This document shows positions 40,104 through 50,542 of a stretch of 64,000 bases of DNA, in pieces. The notes under the pieces were generated by a model. The model had not been told where the DNA came from. It searched no databases and saw only the letters and a program-made list of their open reading frames with translations. Both the position numbers and the translations under genes were made by a program. Within the stretch, counting starts at the first letter, position 1; the number at the start of each line of letters is the position of its first letter. This DNA is from an uncultured delta proteobacterium (GTDB lineage: Bacteria > Desulfobacterota > Binatia > UBA9968). The stretch spans positions 800,001 through 864,000 of the forward strand of contig CAVSHR010000004.1 of the NCBI GenBank assembly GCA_963727625.1. The letters are read 5' to 3'.

Positions 40104-42344
40104 CTACTGCCGCATCGACCAATAAATTTTCTCTGCCGCCAGCGGCAATTCGAATAGCCGTACGCCGCAGGCGTCGGCGATGGCGTTCGCGATAGCCGCC
40201 GCCGTCGGGACATTGGGATTCTCCGCGATCGCTTTGCCGCCGAAAGGCGTCGGCCCGGTAGGGCTCTCCACCAAGACCGTCTTCAACGGCGGCACGTCGG
40301 AGATACACGGAAGCTTCGATTCGCCTAAAGTCAACGTAGCGATCTTGCCGTCGATCATCGGATTTTCTTCCATTGTAGCGAAGCCGAGGCCGGTAATAAT
40401 GCCCCCTTCGATCTGGCCAGTAAGCGTCAGATGATTAAGAACAGTGCCGGTGTCGTGTGCGGTGGTTAAGGTTAGAATCTTCACTCCTCCGGTGGTCGGA
40501 TCGACCTCGACCTCGGCGACTTGAGCGGCAAAGCCGGTCACTTTGGGCATGTCCTTGGGGACAAAATTAGTCAGATGAAACACCGGACCGCCGTTTTCTT
40601 TTACCGCCAGGGCAATCATTTTTTCGGTCGTTGTCGACTTCTTGTTCGGCGCCACGAGTTTACCACCCTGTTGCCGAATCTCCTCCGGCTGACAACCCAA
40701 CTCCCGCGCTGCCAAAGCGATCAATTTCTCGAGCACCTCGTGCGCAGACTGATTGACCGCGTGGCCGGAAGTGTTGGTCTGCTTGCTGCCGCCGGTGCCG
40801 GGATCGAAGGGCAAGCTATCCGTGTCTTTAAAAATCACGCCGACTTTTTCCGGCGGTAGTCCGAGAGTCTCACAAACCATCTGCTGGCTGACGGTGTAAT
40901 AACCCGGCCCGACATCCGGCACGCCGGTGAGAATATTGACCTTGCCGTCTGCCTCCAGGGTCAGCGCCGAACTCGCTTTTCCTTCCGGCGTACCGCGATC
41001 GTAGAGCGCGATCCCCCAACCGCGATTTTTCTTGGCGCCGGTCTTTTTCCAACCGGAAGCTTTGACGATGCGCTCGAGCACTTCACCCATAAGAATGTGA
41101 CTCCACTTTTCGCCCATGGGATTGGCATCACCGTCATGCAGAATATTTTTTCGGCGCAATTCGAGAGCATCGATGCCCATCTCCTTGGCGATGATGTCCA
41201 TCTGCGATTCGAACGCAAAGACCACCTGCGGGCTGCCGGGCGTGCGTGTCTGGGTACACGGCACTTGATTGGTGTATGCACAAAAGGTTTGCACGTCGAT
41301 GGCCGGGCAGCGGTACATGCTGGCCAGGCGCCGGCCGCCGAGAACGGTCACTTGCGGATTGGCTTTTTGCGAGCCGTAAGCGCCACCGCTGAAGTAGATA
41401 TCGCTCTTGACCGCCAGCAGCGTGCCATCCGCAGCGACGCCGGTTTTCAAAGTGATCACCGAGGGGTGGCGGTGTCCACCGATCAAGATTTCTTCGCTGT
41501 AATCGAGCACTAACTTCACCGGCTTGCCGCCAGCGGCTTTAGCTAGATAATAAGCGATCGGCACATCGATCAACGACGCCTTGGCGCCGAAGTCACCGCC
41601 GACGTGGACGATATGAACTTTGATGTTTTCTTTGGGCACGCCGAAGTCCTGCGACATCTGTTCGCGCAAACCCCAGGGCCCTTTGTTCGACGCCCAGACC
41701 TCAACGCGACCATTAGCGTGAACCTGTACGGTGCAGGCGCAGGGCTCGATGTAGCCATGATGCGACAGCGGCGTGCGAAAGGTATGTTCGAAAACTCGCG
41801 CCGACTTTGCGAAGCCGGCTTCGAGATCGCCGTTCTTCCATTGCACGTAAGATTGCAGATTGTGGCCGGACATCCCTTCCGGTAACTTTGGAGTGTTTTT
41901 ATATTTGTTCCGATCTTCATGAATCAACGGCGCGCTCGGCTTGAGCGCTTCCACCGGATCGTCGACGTACGGCAGTTCTTCAAACTCAACGTCGATCAAA
42001 CCTATCGCTTCATCGGCGATCGCTTCGCTGTCCGCCGCCACCGCGGCGATGGCGTCACCGCCCATCCGCACCTTGTCGTAAGCAAGTACCGGCTGGTCCT
42101 TCACACGCGTGCCGACATAAATATCTTTCACTTCCGCGCCGGTGAGCACTGCACGAACGCCTTCTAACGCCTTGGCTTTCGCCGTGTCGACTTTGACGAT
42201 GCGCGCATGCGGCACCGAACTGCGCAATACCTTCGCCCACAAGAGATCGGGAAATTCCAAGTCGGCGGCATATTTGGTTTGTCCGGTAACTTTGCCATAC
42301 CCTTCGATGCGCGGCAGCGCTTTTCCTACGGTGCGATAAGCCAA
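40104..42344 (-). CDS. Xanthine dehydrogenase family molybdopterin-binding subunit (paralog of 27713-29941)
   Basis: PHARI, HGYIEP, GGDFGAK, EVEVDPTTG, GQIEGG. Confidence 0.92.
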   Translation of the reverse strand: MAYRTVGKALPRIEGYGKVTGQTKYAADLEFPDLLWAKVLRSSVPHARIVKVDTAKAKALEGVRAVLTGAEVKDIYVGTRVKDQPVLAYDKVRMGGDAIAAVAADSEAIADEAIGLIDVEFEELPYVDDPVEALKPSAPLIHEDRNKYKNTPKLPEGMSGHNLQSYVQWKNGDLEAGFAKSARVFEHTFRTPLSHHGYIEPCACTVQVHANGRVEVWASNKGPWGLREQMSQDFGVPKENIKVHIVHVGGDFGAKASLIDVPIAYYLAKAAGGKPVKLVLDYSEEILIGGHRHPSVITLKTGVAADGTLLAVKSDIYFSGGAYGSQKANPQVTVLGGRRLASMYRCPAIDVQTFCAYTNQVPCTQTRTPGSPQVVFAFESQMDIIAKEMGIDALELRRKNILHDGDANPMGEKWSHILMGEVLERIVKASGWKKTGAKKNRGWGIALYDRGTPEGKASSALTLEADGKVNILTGVPDVGPGYYTVSQQMVCETLGLPPEKVGVIFKDTDSLPFDPGTGGSKQTNTSGHAVNQSAHEVLEKLIALAARELGCQPEEIRQQGGKLVAPNKKSTTTEKMIALAVKENGGPVFHLTNFVPKDMPKVTGFAAQVAEVEVDPTTGGVKILTLTTAHDTGTVLNHLTLTGQIEGGIITGLGFATMEENPMIDGKIATLTLGESKLPCISDVPPLKTVLVESPTGPTPFGGKAIAENPNVPTAAAIANAIADACGVRLFELPLAAEKIYWSMRQ

Positions 42345-42448
42345 GGTTCACCTCCAACAAGCGGTAATCATCGGAGTACTGAAGTAATAGAGGATTGGTG
42401 TCGGAAAGCATCGCTCCAATACTCCATGATTCCAGCACTCCTATCTTC

Positions 42449-43561
42449 TTATGACTCTAGGTTGTATAGCCGAGCGCAATTGTCCCAAAGAATCTTCTTG
42501 CGGCTCTCGTTCGACACCCCGTCCATCTCCAGGAACTCATCGACTCCTTCGGGAAAATCGGAGTCGCCGTGGGGATAGTCCGTTGAGAAAACGATATTAT
42601 CGTTGCCGATGAGATCGATGGTCATCGGCAGTTCCTTTTCATGCTCAGTGGAAATCCAGCATTGGCGTTTGAAATATTCGCTCGGTTTCAATTTTCCGGA
42701 GGTTGGAAAGCGACCCTTCGCCATGGCGTTGTCCATACGGTGCAATAGAAACGACACCCAGCCGCAGTAACATTCCAAGAACGCCAGTTTCAATTTCGGA
42801 TGGCGCTCGCACACCCCGCCGCCGATGGTGTCTACCATCGCCATCATATTCTCCAGCGGATGGGACACCACATGGCGCAAAAGCAGATTGTCGCCGAAAC
42901 GGTCGCCGATCTGCGGAAGCTCCCCGGCGGAAGTCGCGGAATGAAAACCCAGCGGCACCCCGAGTTCCTCCAGGGCCGACCATAGCGCGTCAAAGTAACG
43001 CGAATGCCATGGCAGATTGCGCAACGGCTCGGGCCGAACGAATGCGCCGACAAAACCCAGCTTGCCAATCGCGCGCCGCGCTTCCTTGACCGCTTCATTG
43101 GGATCATGCAGCGCGATCATCGCCACCCCTTTCAGTCGCTTAGGATCGGTCTGGCAAAAATCATAAAGCCAGTCGTTGTAGGCGTGGGCGATCGCGGCGG
43201 CGAGCTTGGGATCCATCTCGTTGCGCATCATGATGCCGAGACCGATGGACGGATAAAGCGCTGCGACGTCCAAACCTTCCCGGTCCATCGCCTGAAGTTG
43301 AGTCGTGGCGTCGAAGCCGCGCGCGCGGTAACCGGCAATTTCTTGATCAATTCGCGTCGCATCGAAAATCCCGCCTCGGTAGGTGGGCTTGTATCCCTGA
43401 AGAATCTTTCCGTCGATCATCACCATCGCCGAGCTGCGCGCTGTCGAGCTCAATATCTTTGGCGCCCGGTCACGCCACTCCGGGTCCATATAATTAACCC
43501 AGAGATCCGCCGGCTCACGTAGATGCATGTCGGAATCTAGAATCTTAAAACCTGATCTCAA
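42449..43561 (-). CDS. Amidohydrolase_2 family protein
   Basis: DSDMHLRE, LYPS, YNDWL, FSTDYPHGD. Confidence 0.9.
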   Translation of the reverse strand: MRSGFKILDSDMHLREPADLWVNYMDPEWRDRAPKILSSTARSSAMVMIDGKILQGYKPTYRGGIFDATRIDQEIAGYRARGFDATTQLQAMDREGLDVAALYPSIGLGIMMRNEMDPKLAAAIAHAYNDWLYDFCQTDPKRLKGVAMIALHDPNEAVKEARRAIGKLGFVGAFVRPEPLRNLPWHSRYFDALWSALEELGVPLGFHSATSAGELPQIGDRFGDNLLLRHVVSHPLENMMAMVDTIGGGVCERHPKLKLAFLECYCGWVSFLLHRMDNAMAKGRFPTSGKLKPSEYFKRQCWISTEHEKELPMTIDLIGNDNIVFSTDYPHGDSDFPEGVDEFLEMDGVSNESRKKILWDNCARLYNLES

Positions 43562-43689
43562 GCGGCAACCTCTCTTGGTAATATTTTACGTCAGAAACAG
43601 TGAAATATTCTTACGCTGCGGAGTATCGCCGTAACGGCAATTGCTGTCAACCAAGACGAGACAGAACCGGGACAAGGGAGAACCGCAGC

Positions 43690-43737
43690 GATGGAGTATT
43701 GGAGTTATGTTTGAATCAATACTCCAACCCTCCAATC
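43690..43737. repeat. TGGAGTATTGG...CAATACTCCA palindromic intergenic element
   Basis: Inverted arms here; related copies at 42372-42441 and 48285-48310. Confidence 0.65.
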
Positions 43738-43753
43738 GATAGGCGGGAAATTC

Positions 43754-44686
43754 TTACATCAACTCGCGCACCAGGGATTTTGCAGTTTCCCCGGATATGC
43801 CGAGGGGGCGGCGCGCCAGCGGTCCGCCTTTTTCGAGGACGGGCTCCAATTGGTCCAACGCCAGCAGATCGATGCGTTTCCAAAAAAGTCCGATCGCGAT
43901 TTCGTCGCCCCATTGGTAGCCATACTTCATCGCGGCGGCGAAATCGGTCGGATCATGATTCTTGTCTTCCAACTTGAACGTGCGTTGCTTGAAGAATTCG
44001 TGTCCATTTTCGTGATTGAACGTCACACATGGGCTGAACGCGTCGATCAGTGCAAAACCCCGGTGCTCAATCCCGCCCTTGATCAGTTCGACCAGATGCT
44101 TTACTTGGCCGGTGTAACCCCGTGCTACGTAGGTCGCGCCAGCGGCGATCGCCAGCGGAATTGGATGGATCGGGTTTTCCACGCTGCCGAACGGCGTGCT
44201 CTTGGTCGCCATGCCCTTGGCGCTGGTGGGCGACAACTGCCCCGTTGTCAGGCCGTATATTTGATTGTTCATCACGATATAAGTCAGGTCGACGTTGCGG
44301 CGCATGCTGTGCACGAAGTGGTTGCCACCGATCCCATAGCCGTCGCCGTCACCCCCGGTGACGATGACCTTGAGCTCATGGTTGGCCATTTGCGCCCCGG
44401 TGGCGACCGCGAGCGCCCGTCCGTGCAACGTGTGCATGCCGTAGGTGCTGATATAGCCGGGCAAGTTCGATGAGCAACCGATGCCGCTAATCACCATCGC
44501 CTGGTGCGGCAAAATACCAAGCTCGGCGAGGGCCTGTTTCAACGCCGTCAGCACGCCGAAGTCGCCGCAGCCCGGACACCAATCGGGCTCGGCCTTGCCT
44601 TTAAACTCCTTGATCGTTAAGCGCGCCCTACCTGAAGGGTTCTCCCCTGCTTTTGCTTTCATCTCGATTGCGGTTTCATTCATCAT
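43754..44686 (-). CDS. korB: 2-oxoacid:ferredoxin oxidoreductase beta subunit
   Basis: WCPGCGD, SGIGCS, LHGRA, GGDGD...NN, SPCVTF. Confidence 0.93.
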   Translation of the reverse strand: MMNETAIEMKAKAGENPSGRARLTIKEFKGKAEPDWCPGCGDFGVLTALKQALAELGILPHQAMVISGIGCSSNLPGYISTYGMHTLHGRALAVATGAQMANHELKVIVTGGDGDGYGIGGNHFVHSMRRNVDLTYIVMNNQIYGLTTGQLSPTSAKGMATKSTPFGSVENPIHPIPLAIAAGATYVARGYTGQVKHLVELIKGGIEHRGFALIDAFSPCVTFNHENGHEFFKQRTFKLEDKNHDPTDFAAAMKYGYQWGDEIAIGLFWKRIDLLALDQLEPVLEKGGPLARRPLGISGETAKSLVRELM

Positions 44687-44693
44687 CAACTCC

Positions 44694-46484
44694 TTAAACC
44701 ATGATTTCATGGACCGGAACATACCGCTGGGTTTGGCCCGCCAGAATCGCCTTGACCCCGTCGACTATATGATGCGGCATGAACGGCTCGCCGTCGTATT
44801 TACGGATGTGCCCGTCGGCGACAACCCCAGTCTCCGACCTGAGGTAGCGCGCGAATTGGCCGCTGTAGTTGTTCTCGACGATGATGAGTTTTTTACTCGT
44901 CGATCGTGCCGCCGTGATCGCGTCACAGTGCAACGGCACAATCCATTTGACCTGAAGCAGGTTCGCAATGACGCCTTCTTCTTTTTCAAGCTTCTCCATC
45001 GCCTCGCGAATGACGCCTTCCGTCGAGCCCCAGCCCAGCAATGTGACCTCGGCCTCTGCCGAACCCCACAGTTTGGGCGGCTCGAGCAGAGGCAGGATCG
45101 ATTCCATCTTGCGCATGCGCTTTTCGTGCATGGCTTGGCGTTTGTGCGGATTGGTGTACTCGTCGCTGATCAGAACACCCTCCTCGTCATGATCATCGGT
45201 CGCGACCACATGTTCGAACCCCGGTGTTCCAGGCAGCGCGCGCGGCGAGACGCCATTGTCGGTGATCTCGTACCGTTTGTAGCCGCCGTTGAGCGGAGGA
45301 GTCGCGCCGTTGAGGCCGATGACCGCACCGCGGTCAATTGGCACGTTGAAATCCAACTCCGCCGGGTCGACGCTCGAACGACCTTCCGAGAGCAGCAAGT
45401 CCGACAGGATGATGCCGGGGCATTGAAACTTGTCGACCAGGTTGAAAAGTTGGGTGACGGTTTTAAAGCAATCAGGGATGGTCGTCGGCGCCACGATGAT
45501 GCGCGGATAGTCGCCTTGTCCGGCGCCCAGCACTTGCCAGAGATCACCTTGCTCGGTCTTGGTCGGCACACCGGTGGCCGGCCCGGCGCGCTGCACGTTG
45601 ATGCAGACGAGCGGTATTTCCATCATCGCCGCGGCACCGAGCCCCTCGGTCATCAAGGCGAAGCCGCCGCCCGAAGTCGCGCACATGGCGCGGCAGCCGG
45701 CATGGGCCGCGCCGATCGCCATATTGATGACGCCTATTTCATCCTCCACCTGCCGCACGATGATGTCCAGCTGCTGCGCGTGCCGCGCCATCCAGTGGAG
45801 CACGCCGGATGACGGGCTCATCGGATAGGCGCAGTAAAACCGCACGCCCGCCGCCGCCCCACCCATGGCTAACGCCTGGTTGCCCTCGAAGAACGCCAGC
45901 TTCCGTCCCGTGTCCGGCAGCGAAACCGGTAGCGACTTGAATTTCCTGTCGGCGTAGTCGTAACCGGCGCGCGCTACTCTGACATTCTCAGCGATCACCG
46001 ATTGGCCCTTCCTCTTGAACTGCAAGGTGAGGATGTCTTCGAGGATCTTGAATTCGACGCCGATGAGCCGCAGCACGGCGGCCAGGGCGATGGTGTTCTG
46101 GACCAAGTCACCCCGAATATTCGGCGCCAGTTCTTTCACCGAGAACGGACAGAGCTGAACCCCGGCGGCGACTTCACCGGGTTTGATCTTGTCGCCGTTA
46201 AAAAGAACGGCCGATCCCGCTTTCATGAGTCCCAAATGGCGATTCATGGTGTCTTGATTGAGCGGTATCATCATGTCGAGCTTGTCCCCGAAGCTGAGCA
46301 CGGGCTCGTCGCTGGTGCGCAAGGTGAGGAAAATATGGCCGCCACGAACGATGGATTGATAGGCGTTGTAAGCGTTCAAGTGGAGGCCGCGCCGCACGAA
46401 GATGCGCGCCAGAATATCGCCGGGCGTGGCGATTCCCTGGCCGGCGGCGCCACCGATTGCAATCGAGAGATCGACTTTTGCCAT
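44694..46484 (-). CDS. korA: 2-oxoacid:acceptor oxidoreductase alpha subunit
   Basis: GGAAGQG, YPMSP, VEDEI, TSGGGF, QRAGPATGVPT. Confidence 0.93.
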   Translation of the reverse strand: MAKVDLSIAIGGAAGQGIATPGDILARIFVRRGLHLNAYNAYQSIVRGGHIFLTLRTSDEPVLSFGDKLDMMIPLNQDTMNRHLGLMKAGSAVLFNGDKIKPGEVAAGVQLCPFSVKELAPNIRGDLVQNTIALAAVLRLIGVEFKILEDILTLQFKRKGQSVIAENVRVARAGYDYADRKFKSLPVSLPDTGRKLAFFEGNQALAMGGAAAGVRFYCAYPMSPSSGVLHWMARHAQQLDIIVRQVEDEIGVINMAIGAAHAGCRAMCATSGGGFALMTEGLGAAAMMEIPLVCINVQRAGPATGVPTKTEQGDLWQVLGAGQGDYPRIIVAPTTIPDCFKTVTQLFNLVDKFQCPGIILSDLLLSEGRSSVDPAELDFNVPIDRGAVIGLNGATPPLNGGYKRYEITDNGVSPRALPGTPGFEHVVATDDHDEEGVLISDEYTNPHKRQAMHEKRMRKMESILPLLEPPKLWGSAEAEVTLLGWGSTEGVIREAMEKLEKEEGVIANLLQVKWIVPLHCDAITAARSTSKKLIIVENNYSGQFARYLRSETGVVADGHIRKYDGEPFMPHHIVDGVKAILAGQTQRYVPVHEIMV

Positions 46485-46502
46485 GAAGAACTCCCTTCCA
46501 GC

Positions 46503-46820
46503 TCATTTCGTTGCACTGAAATTACCCGCTAGAACTTTTTTTAGAATTCCGTTCATCTCTTCCGCGGAAAAGGCCCTGAGCGTTTGCGTGCGAATATTGC
46601 CGAGCGAACCCATGCTCATCGCAAAAGCCGTCATGGTTTCGTCGTCCGGCGACTCGGCGGTGAAAACCGCATCGAAAGCGCCCATGGTCCAGTAGATGTC
46701 CTTGATTCGGACACCGAGACGGGCTGCGGCGCTGACGAGTGTTTTGGCCCTCTCCGTAGTCTGGCGGATTTGACGCACACCCTGATCGGTAAAGTTCACG
46801 AGCGCGATGTAGGTAGCCAT
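46503..46820 (-). CDS. GYD domain-containing protein
   Basis: FTDQG, YWTMGAFD, GNIRTQTLRAF. Confidence 0.88.
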   Translation of the reverse strand: MATYIALVNFTDQGVRQIRQTTERAKTLVSAAARLGVRIKDIYWTMGAFDAVFTAESPDDETMTAFAMSMGSLGNIRTQTLRAFSAEEMNGILKKVLAGNFSATK

Positions 46821-47171
46821 AGGGAACCTCCTTTTCGCCCCGCAAATTAAAAAAACCGGTCAACACCTTGCGTGAACACGCGGAATCGACCGGCTTGATT
46901 GTTGGATACCTCGTGACGATCACATGGCGCTCATCGCTGCGAAGCTTTAGATCACGATGCCGTCCCACAGATGAGGTACGTATTGTTGTCTAGGAAAAGC
47001 TACCAACCTCGACAGAGGCTGTCAAGTTACTTTCTGAATTCCCGCCTCCAGCGGGCGCCGACAACCTTATCCAACGCTCGGTTTTTTTGTTTGGCATACG
47101 TGCGAGATTTTAGTAACGAGTGTATGGTTGTCAAAGCCGACGGCAACGAAGTGTCATCATCAGGAGGTTCT

Positions 47172-48281
47172 ATGTTCGATTTCCTATTCCCGAACCATCC
47201 CTTCGGCGGCCACACGCTCAGATTAGTTGCCCAAGCGCAGCAAGGCGGCGGCGATGTATTCGACATCGCCCGCGCGATGAAAGACGTCGATGTCGGCGAT
47301 AAAGATGCTTGGGAGCGCGCCTGGTTGGAACTCGCCCAGAAAACTGAAAATCGAGCAAGGGAAGCTCTCGCGGCTGGAAGACAAGGCACGGCGCGACAAT
47401 ATTTCTTTCATGCCAGCAATTACTATCGCATGTCCGACGTTCTGCTCACGATCGCCGAAGAGCCGAAACGCTGTGAACGTTTCATTAAGGCGCGAGACAG
47501 TTTCCGCGCCGCCGCTAAACTCAACGACGCCAGGATTGAAGTCATCAGCGTGCTCTGCGGCGACGAAGAGTACGACGGCTACTTCTGCCACCCGGCCAAC
47601 CCCAAACCCGGCAAGTGGCCGGCGGTATTGTTTCTCGGCGGTGCCGACGCCTACGCCGAGGAAATCTATTTCGGCGGAAAACAGATGCTGGACCGCGGCT
47701 GGGCCATGCTGCTGGTCGACACGCCGGGACGCGGCTCGTCTATTTATCTCAAAGGCATCAAGACCAGGCCTGACTACGAAGTCCCGGGCAGAGCTTGTAT
47801 CGATTATCTCGTATCCAGACCGGAAGTCGATCCGGGCCGCGTCGCGCTGCTCGGCATCAGCATGGCGGGCTACTACGCGCCGCGCGTGGCCGCGTTCGAA
47901 AAGCGTATCAAAGCGCTGGTTGCCTGGAGCGGCTGCTACAGCATCCTCGACGATCTCTACGATTGGTGCGTACACTTGCAACCGGTTTGTCAAAGGCTCT
48001 TGGGCGGCGTCAGCCACGAGGAGGCACGGCGTTTGCTGAAGGAGTTCACCATGGCGGGTATCGCCAAAAACATCACCTGCCCGACGCTCATCACCCACGG
48101 CGACAAGGACACGCTGATGTCCGTCGAAGGAGCCAAACGATTGTTCGCTGAGATCGGAACTAAAGACAAAACTCTAAAAATTTACGGCGAAGCGGACGGC
48201 GGTGGCCGGATCCATTGCAGCCACGATTACTGGGCGCACAATGTGCCGTTCATGCTGGATTGGCTGGAGAAGAGGTTGTGA
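47172..48281 (+). CDS. Alpha/beta hydrolase (2,6-dihydroxypseudooxynicotine hydrolase-like)
   Basis: RA/HASNYY, GGAD, DTPGRG, GISMAG nucleophile elbow, HGDKD, HC; SD AGGAGG. Confidence 0.85.
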   Translation: MFDFLFPNHPFGGHTLRLVAQAQQGGGDVFDIARAMKDVDVGDKDAWERAWLELAQKTENRAREALAAGRQGTARQYFFHASNYYRMSDVLLTIAEEPKRCERFIKARDSFRAAAKLNDARIEVISVLCGDEEYDGYFCHPANPKPGKWPAVLFLGGADAYAEEIYFGGKQMLDRGWAMLLVDTPGRGSSIYLKGIKTRPDYEVPGRACIDYLVSRPEVDPGRVALLGISMAGYYAPRVAAFEKRIKALVAWSGCYSILDDLYDWCVHLQPVCQRLLGGVSHEEARRLLKEFTMAGIAKNITCPTLITHGDKDTLMSVEGAKRLFAEIGTKDKTLKIYGEADGGGRIHCSHDYWAHNVPFMLDWLEKRL

Positions 48282-48400
48282 AGATTGGAATGGTGGAGTA
48301 CTGGAGTGATGAGCGCGGGAAAATACTCGTAAGCCGCGTCGCTGCCATCTTAAATCTTTCCAATTGCTGGAAAAATACTGGGGGAATGAGGTTTATATAA

Positions 48401-49906
48401 ATGACAACCAATGGACAAAACAACAACTGGGACAAAGAAGTCGACGTTATCGTGGTCGGCTTCGGCGCGGCGGGCGGCATCTCGGCAATCACCGCTCACG
48501 ATGCCGGCGCGAAAGTCTTGCTGATCGAAAAGATGCCTCACCCGGGGGGCATTTCGATTCTTTCCGGCGGCGGTGTCGCCTTTGCGCATAACGCCGAAGG
48601 TGCCTTTCAATACCTGAAACGCAGTTGCAACGGCACCACCCCCGACGACATCTTGCGCCGAATGGCCGAGGAAATGGTCGGCATGATCGATTGGGTTACC
48701 GAGCTTGCCAAAGTCAGCGGCACCGAGCCGAGCAAGACCGAGACCCGCGGTCACGGCACCTACCCATTTCCCGGCACCAACGATATCGACTCCATCAAGC
48801 TTAAAGATTTTCAAGCCTATTCGGAGTTTCCCTGGGCCAAAGGCCTGCGCGGCGGCGCGCGCCTATTCAAAGTGGTTTACGACAACGTGAATCAGCGGAA
48901 CATCGAAGTGATGCTATCGACGCCGGCAAAGGAACTGACCACAAACCCCGACGGCGAGATCCTAGGACTGCTCGCCGAGCACGATGGGAAATCCATCCGC
49001 ATCAAAGCGCGCAAGGGCGTGATCCTCGCTTGCGGCGGCTATGAGAATGACCCGGCGATGAAGCTGCAGCACTTCGAAGCCCAGCCGGTCTACCCGGTGT
49101 ATCTCGGCAATACCGGCGACGGCGTCAAGATGGCGCAGAAAGTCGGCGCCGGGCTTTGGCATATGTGGCATTTTCACGGCGGCTACGGCTTCAAGTTTCC
49201 GGAATTGCCGTTTGCCATCCGCCATGTCTGGGCCGGTCCGCGCAACGAGAACCGAAAAATGATCTGGATCGCCGTCGATAAATTCGGCAAACGCTTCATG
49301 GACGAATATCCGCCGGCGCCGCAGGATACCGGCACGCGGCCCTTGGAATTTTACGACGCCGATATCCAGGATTATCCGCGCATCCCCTGCTATCTGATCT
49401 TCGACGAAGAGGGACGCAAGCTCGGCCCGATCGGTATTCCCATCGTGAATGACGAGCGCTACGACGCCAACTGGAGCCAAGACAATCTCGCCGAAATTGA
49501 TAAAGGATGGATCAAGAAAGGTAACTCACTCGAAGACATCGCGGCGCAGATCGATGTCAACCCGAAAGTTCTACGGGAAACCGTCGACCGCTGGAACACG
49601 CTGTGCGGCGAAAGCATAGACAAAGATCACAAGCGCCCGCCAAAGACCATGATGCCGATCAAAAACGGTCCCTTCTATGTGGTCGAAGCCTGGCCCATCG
49701 TAAACAACACCCAGGGCGGCCCCGAGCACGATGTCGAACAGCGCGTGCTCGACCCGATGAAGAAACCGATCTCCCGTCTCTATGTCGCCGGCGAGATCAG
49801 CTCGATCTACGGCCATCTCTACTTGGAAGCCGGAAATATCACCGAGTGTTTCGTCGCGGGAAAAATCGCCGGGCAGAATGCAGCGGCCGAAAAGGGTTGG
49901 GACTAA
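48401..49906 (+). CDS. FAD-dependent oxidoreductase (FAD_binding_2; fumarate reductase/3-ketosteroid dehydrogenase-like)
   Basis: VIVVGFGAAG, SGG, ACGGYE, NTGDG, TQGGP, LYVAGE. Confidence 0.9.
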   Translation: MTTNGQNNNWDKEVDVIVVGFGAAGGISAITAHDAGAKVLLIEKMPHPGGISILSGGGVAFAHNAEGAFQYLKRSCNGTTPDDILRRMAEEMVGMIDWVTELAKVSGTEPSKTETRGHGTYPFPGTNDIDSIKLKDFQAYSEFPWAKGLRGGARLFKVVYDNVNQRNIEVMLSTPAKELTTNPDGEILGLLAEHDGKSIRIKARKGVILACGGYENDPAMKLQHFEAQPVYPVYLGNTGDGVKMAQKVGAGLWHMWHFHGGYGFKFPELPFAIRHVWAGPRNENRKMIWIAVDKFGKRFMDEYPPAPQDTGTRPLEFYDADIQDYPRIPCYLIFDEEGRKLGPIGIPIVNDERYDANWSQDNLAEIDKGWIKKGNSLEDIAAQIDVNPKVLRETVDRWNTLCGESIDKDHKRPPKTMMPIKNGPFYVVEAWPIVNNTQGGPEHDVEQRVLDPMKKPISRLYVAGEISSIYGHLYLEAGNITECFVAGKIAGQNAAAEKGWD

Positions 49907-49960
49907 CGTTTTGGGTGAGAGGCGCGCTCCGCCGCATCCTTCTCAACCCTATCGTTAGCT
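49901..49960 (-). mobile_element. Integron attC site closing the brnT-brnA cassette
   Basis: Minus strand AGCTAAC...GGGTTGAGA...TCTCACCC...GTTAGTC: R''/L''/L'/R' boxes with an extrahelical base. Confidence 0.82.
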
Positions 49961-49961
49961 T

Positions 49962-50213
49962 TCAGTTTTGACCCGAAAGCTCTTCGCGCACGATCTTGCG
50001 CACTATCTCTTCCGTAAGGGGCTTCGCCGTCAGACCGAGATAGGAGTTCAGCGCATCGTTAATTAGGGTCTGATACCCCTTTCCGGTTCTCTGGGATTGA
50101 GCCTTGAAGCGCTCCAGAATTCCATCGTCGAGATAGATCGTGATGCGGGTTTTCCCAACCTGGGGAACTACCGCTCCGCGTTTGCCCTTGGAAAAGTTAT
50201 ACTCCTTCTTCAT
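49962..50213 (-). CDS. brnA: BrnA family antitoxin
   Basis: MKKEYNFSKGKRG, RITIYLD, GYQTLINDAL. Confidence 0.9.
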   Translation of the reverse strand: MKKEYNFSKGKRGAVVPQVGKTRITIYLDDGILERFKAQSQRTGKGYQTLINDALNSYLGLTAKPLTEEIVRKIVREELSGQN

Positions 50214-50469
50214 AACTCCTTCTTTCCTTCGGCGTCGGTTTCCGAACCGAGATGATGCGAACATTGTCGTCCCGAGGTGTCCAGACCACAACCATCAGCG
50301 AGCCGAACGTGTTCGCACCCAGGGTCACGAAGCGTCGCTCTCCCTCAGCCGATTCATCTTCAATCGTGACTGCCAAGGGATCACTCAAGACACCATCCCC
50401 TTCGGTAAGCGAGACACCGTGCTTCTTAAGATTTGCGGCATCCTTTTTGGAATCAAAGGTTGCTGTCAC
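50197..50469 (-). CDS. brnT: BrnT family toxin (ribonuclease)
   Basis: FDSKKDAANLKKHGV, ERRFVTLG, RIISVRK. Confidence 0.92.
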   Translation of the reverse strand: MTATFDSKKDAANLKKHGVSLTEGDGVLSDPLAVTIEDESAEGERRFVTLGANTFGSLMVVVWTPRDDNVRIISVRKPTPKERRSYEEGV

Positions 50470-50475
50470 TAAGCA

Positions 50476-50504
50476 AGTGTATGCATAGAATGCATATATT
50501 GCAA
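50476..50504 (-). promoter_or_regulatory. Cassette-internal promoter with palindromic operator for brnT-brnA
   Basis: Minus strand TTGCAA-N17-TACACT; TATGCAT-N3-ATGCATA palindrome (50480-50496) in the spacer. Confidence 0.65.
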
Positions 50505-50542
50505 GCTCGCGGTAGAGCTGCGAGGTGGGCCCGCGAATTGGA

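Noticed and set aside
27800-45812. Long ORFs 27800-28939 (-) and 44481-45812 (+)
   Set aside because: Antisense to the molybdopterin subunit and korAB; no recognisable domains
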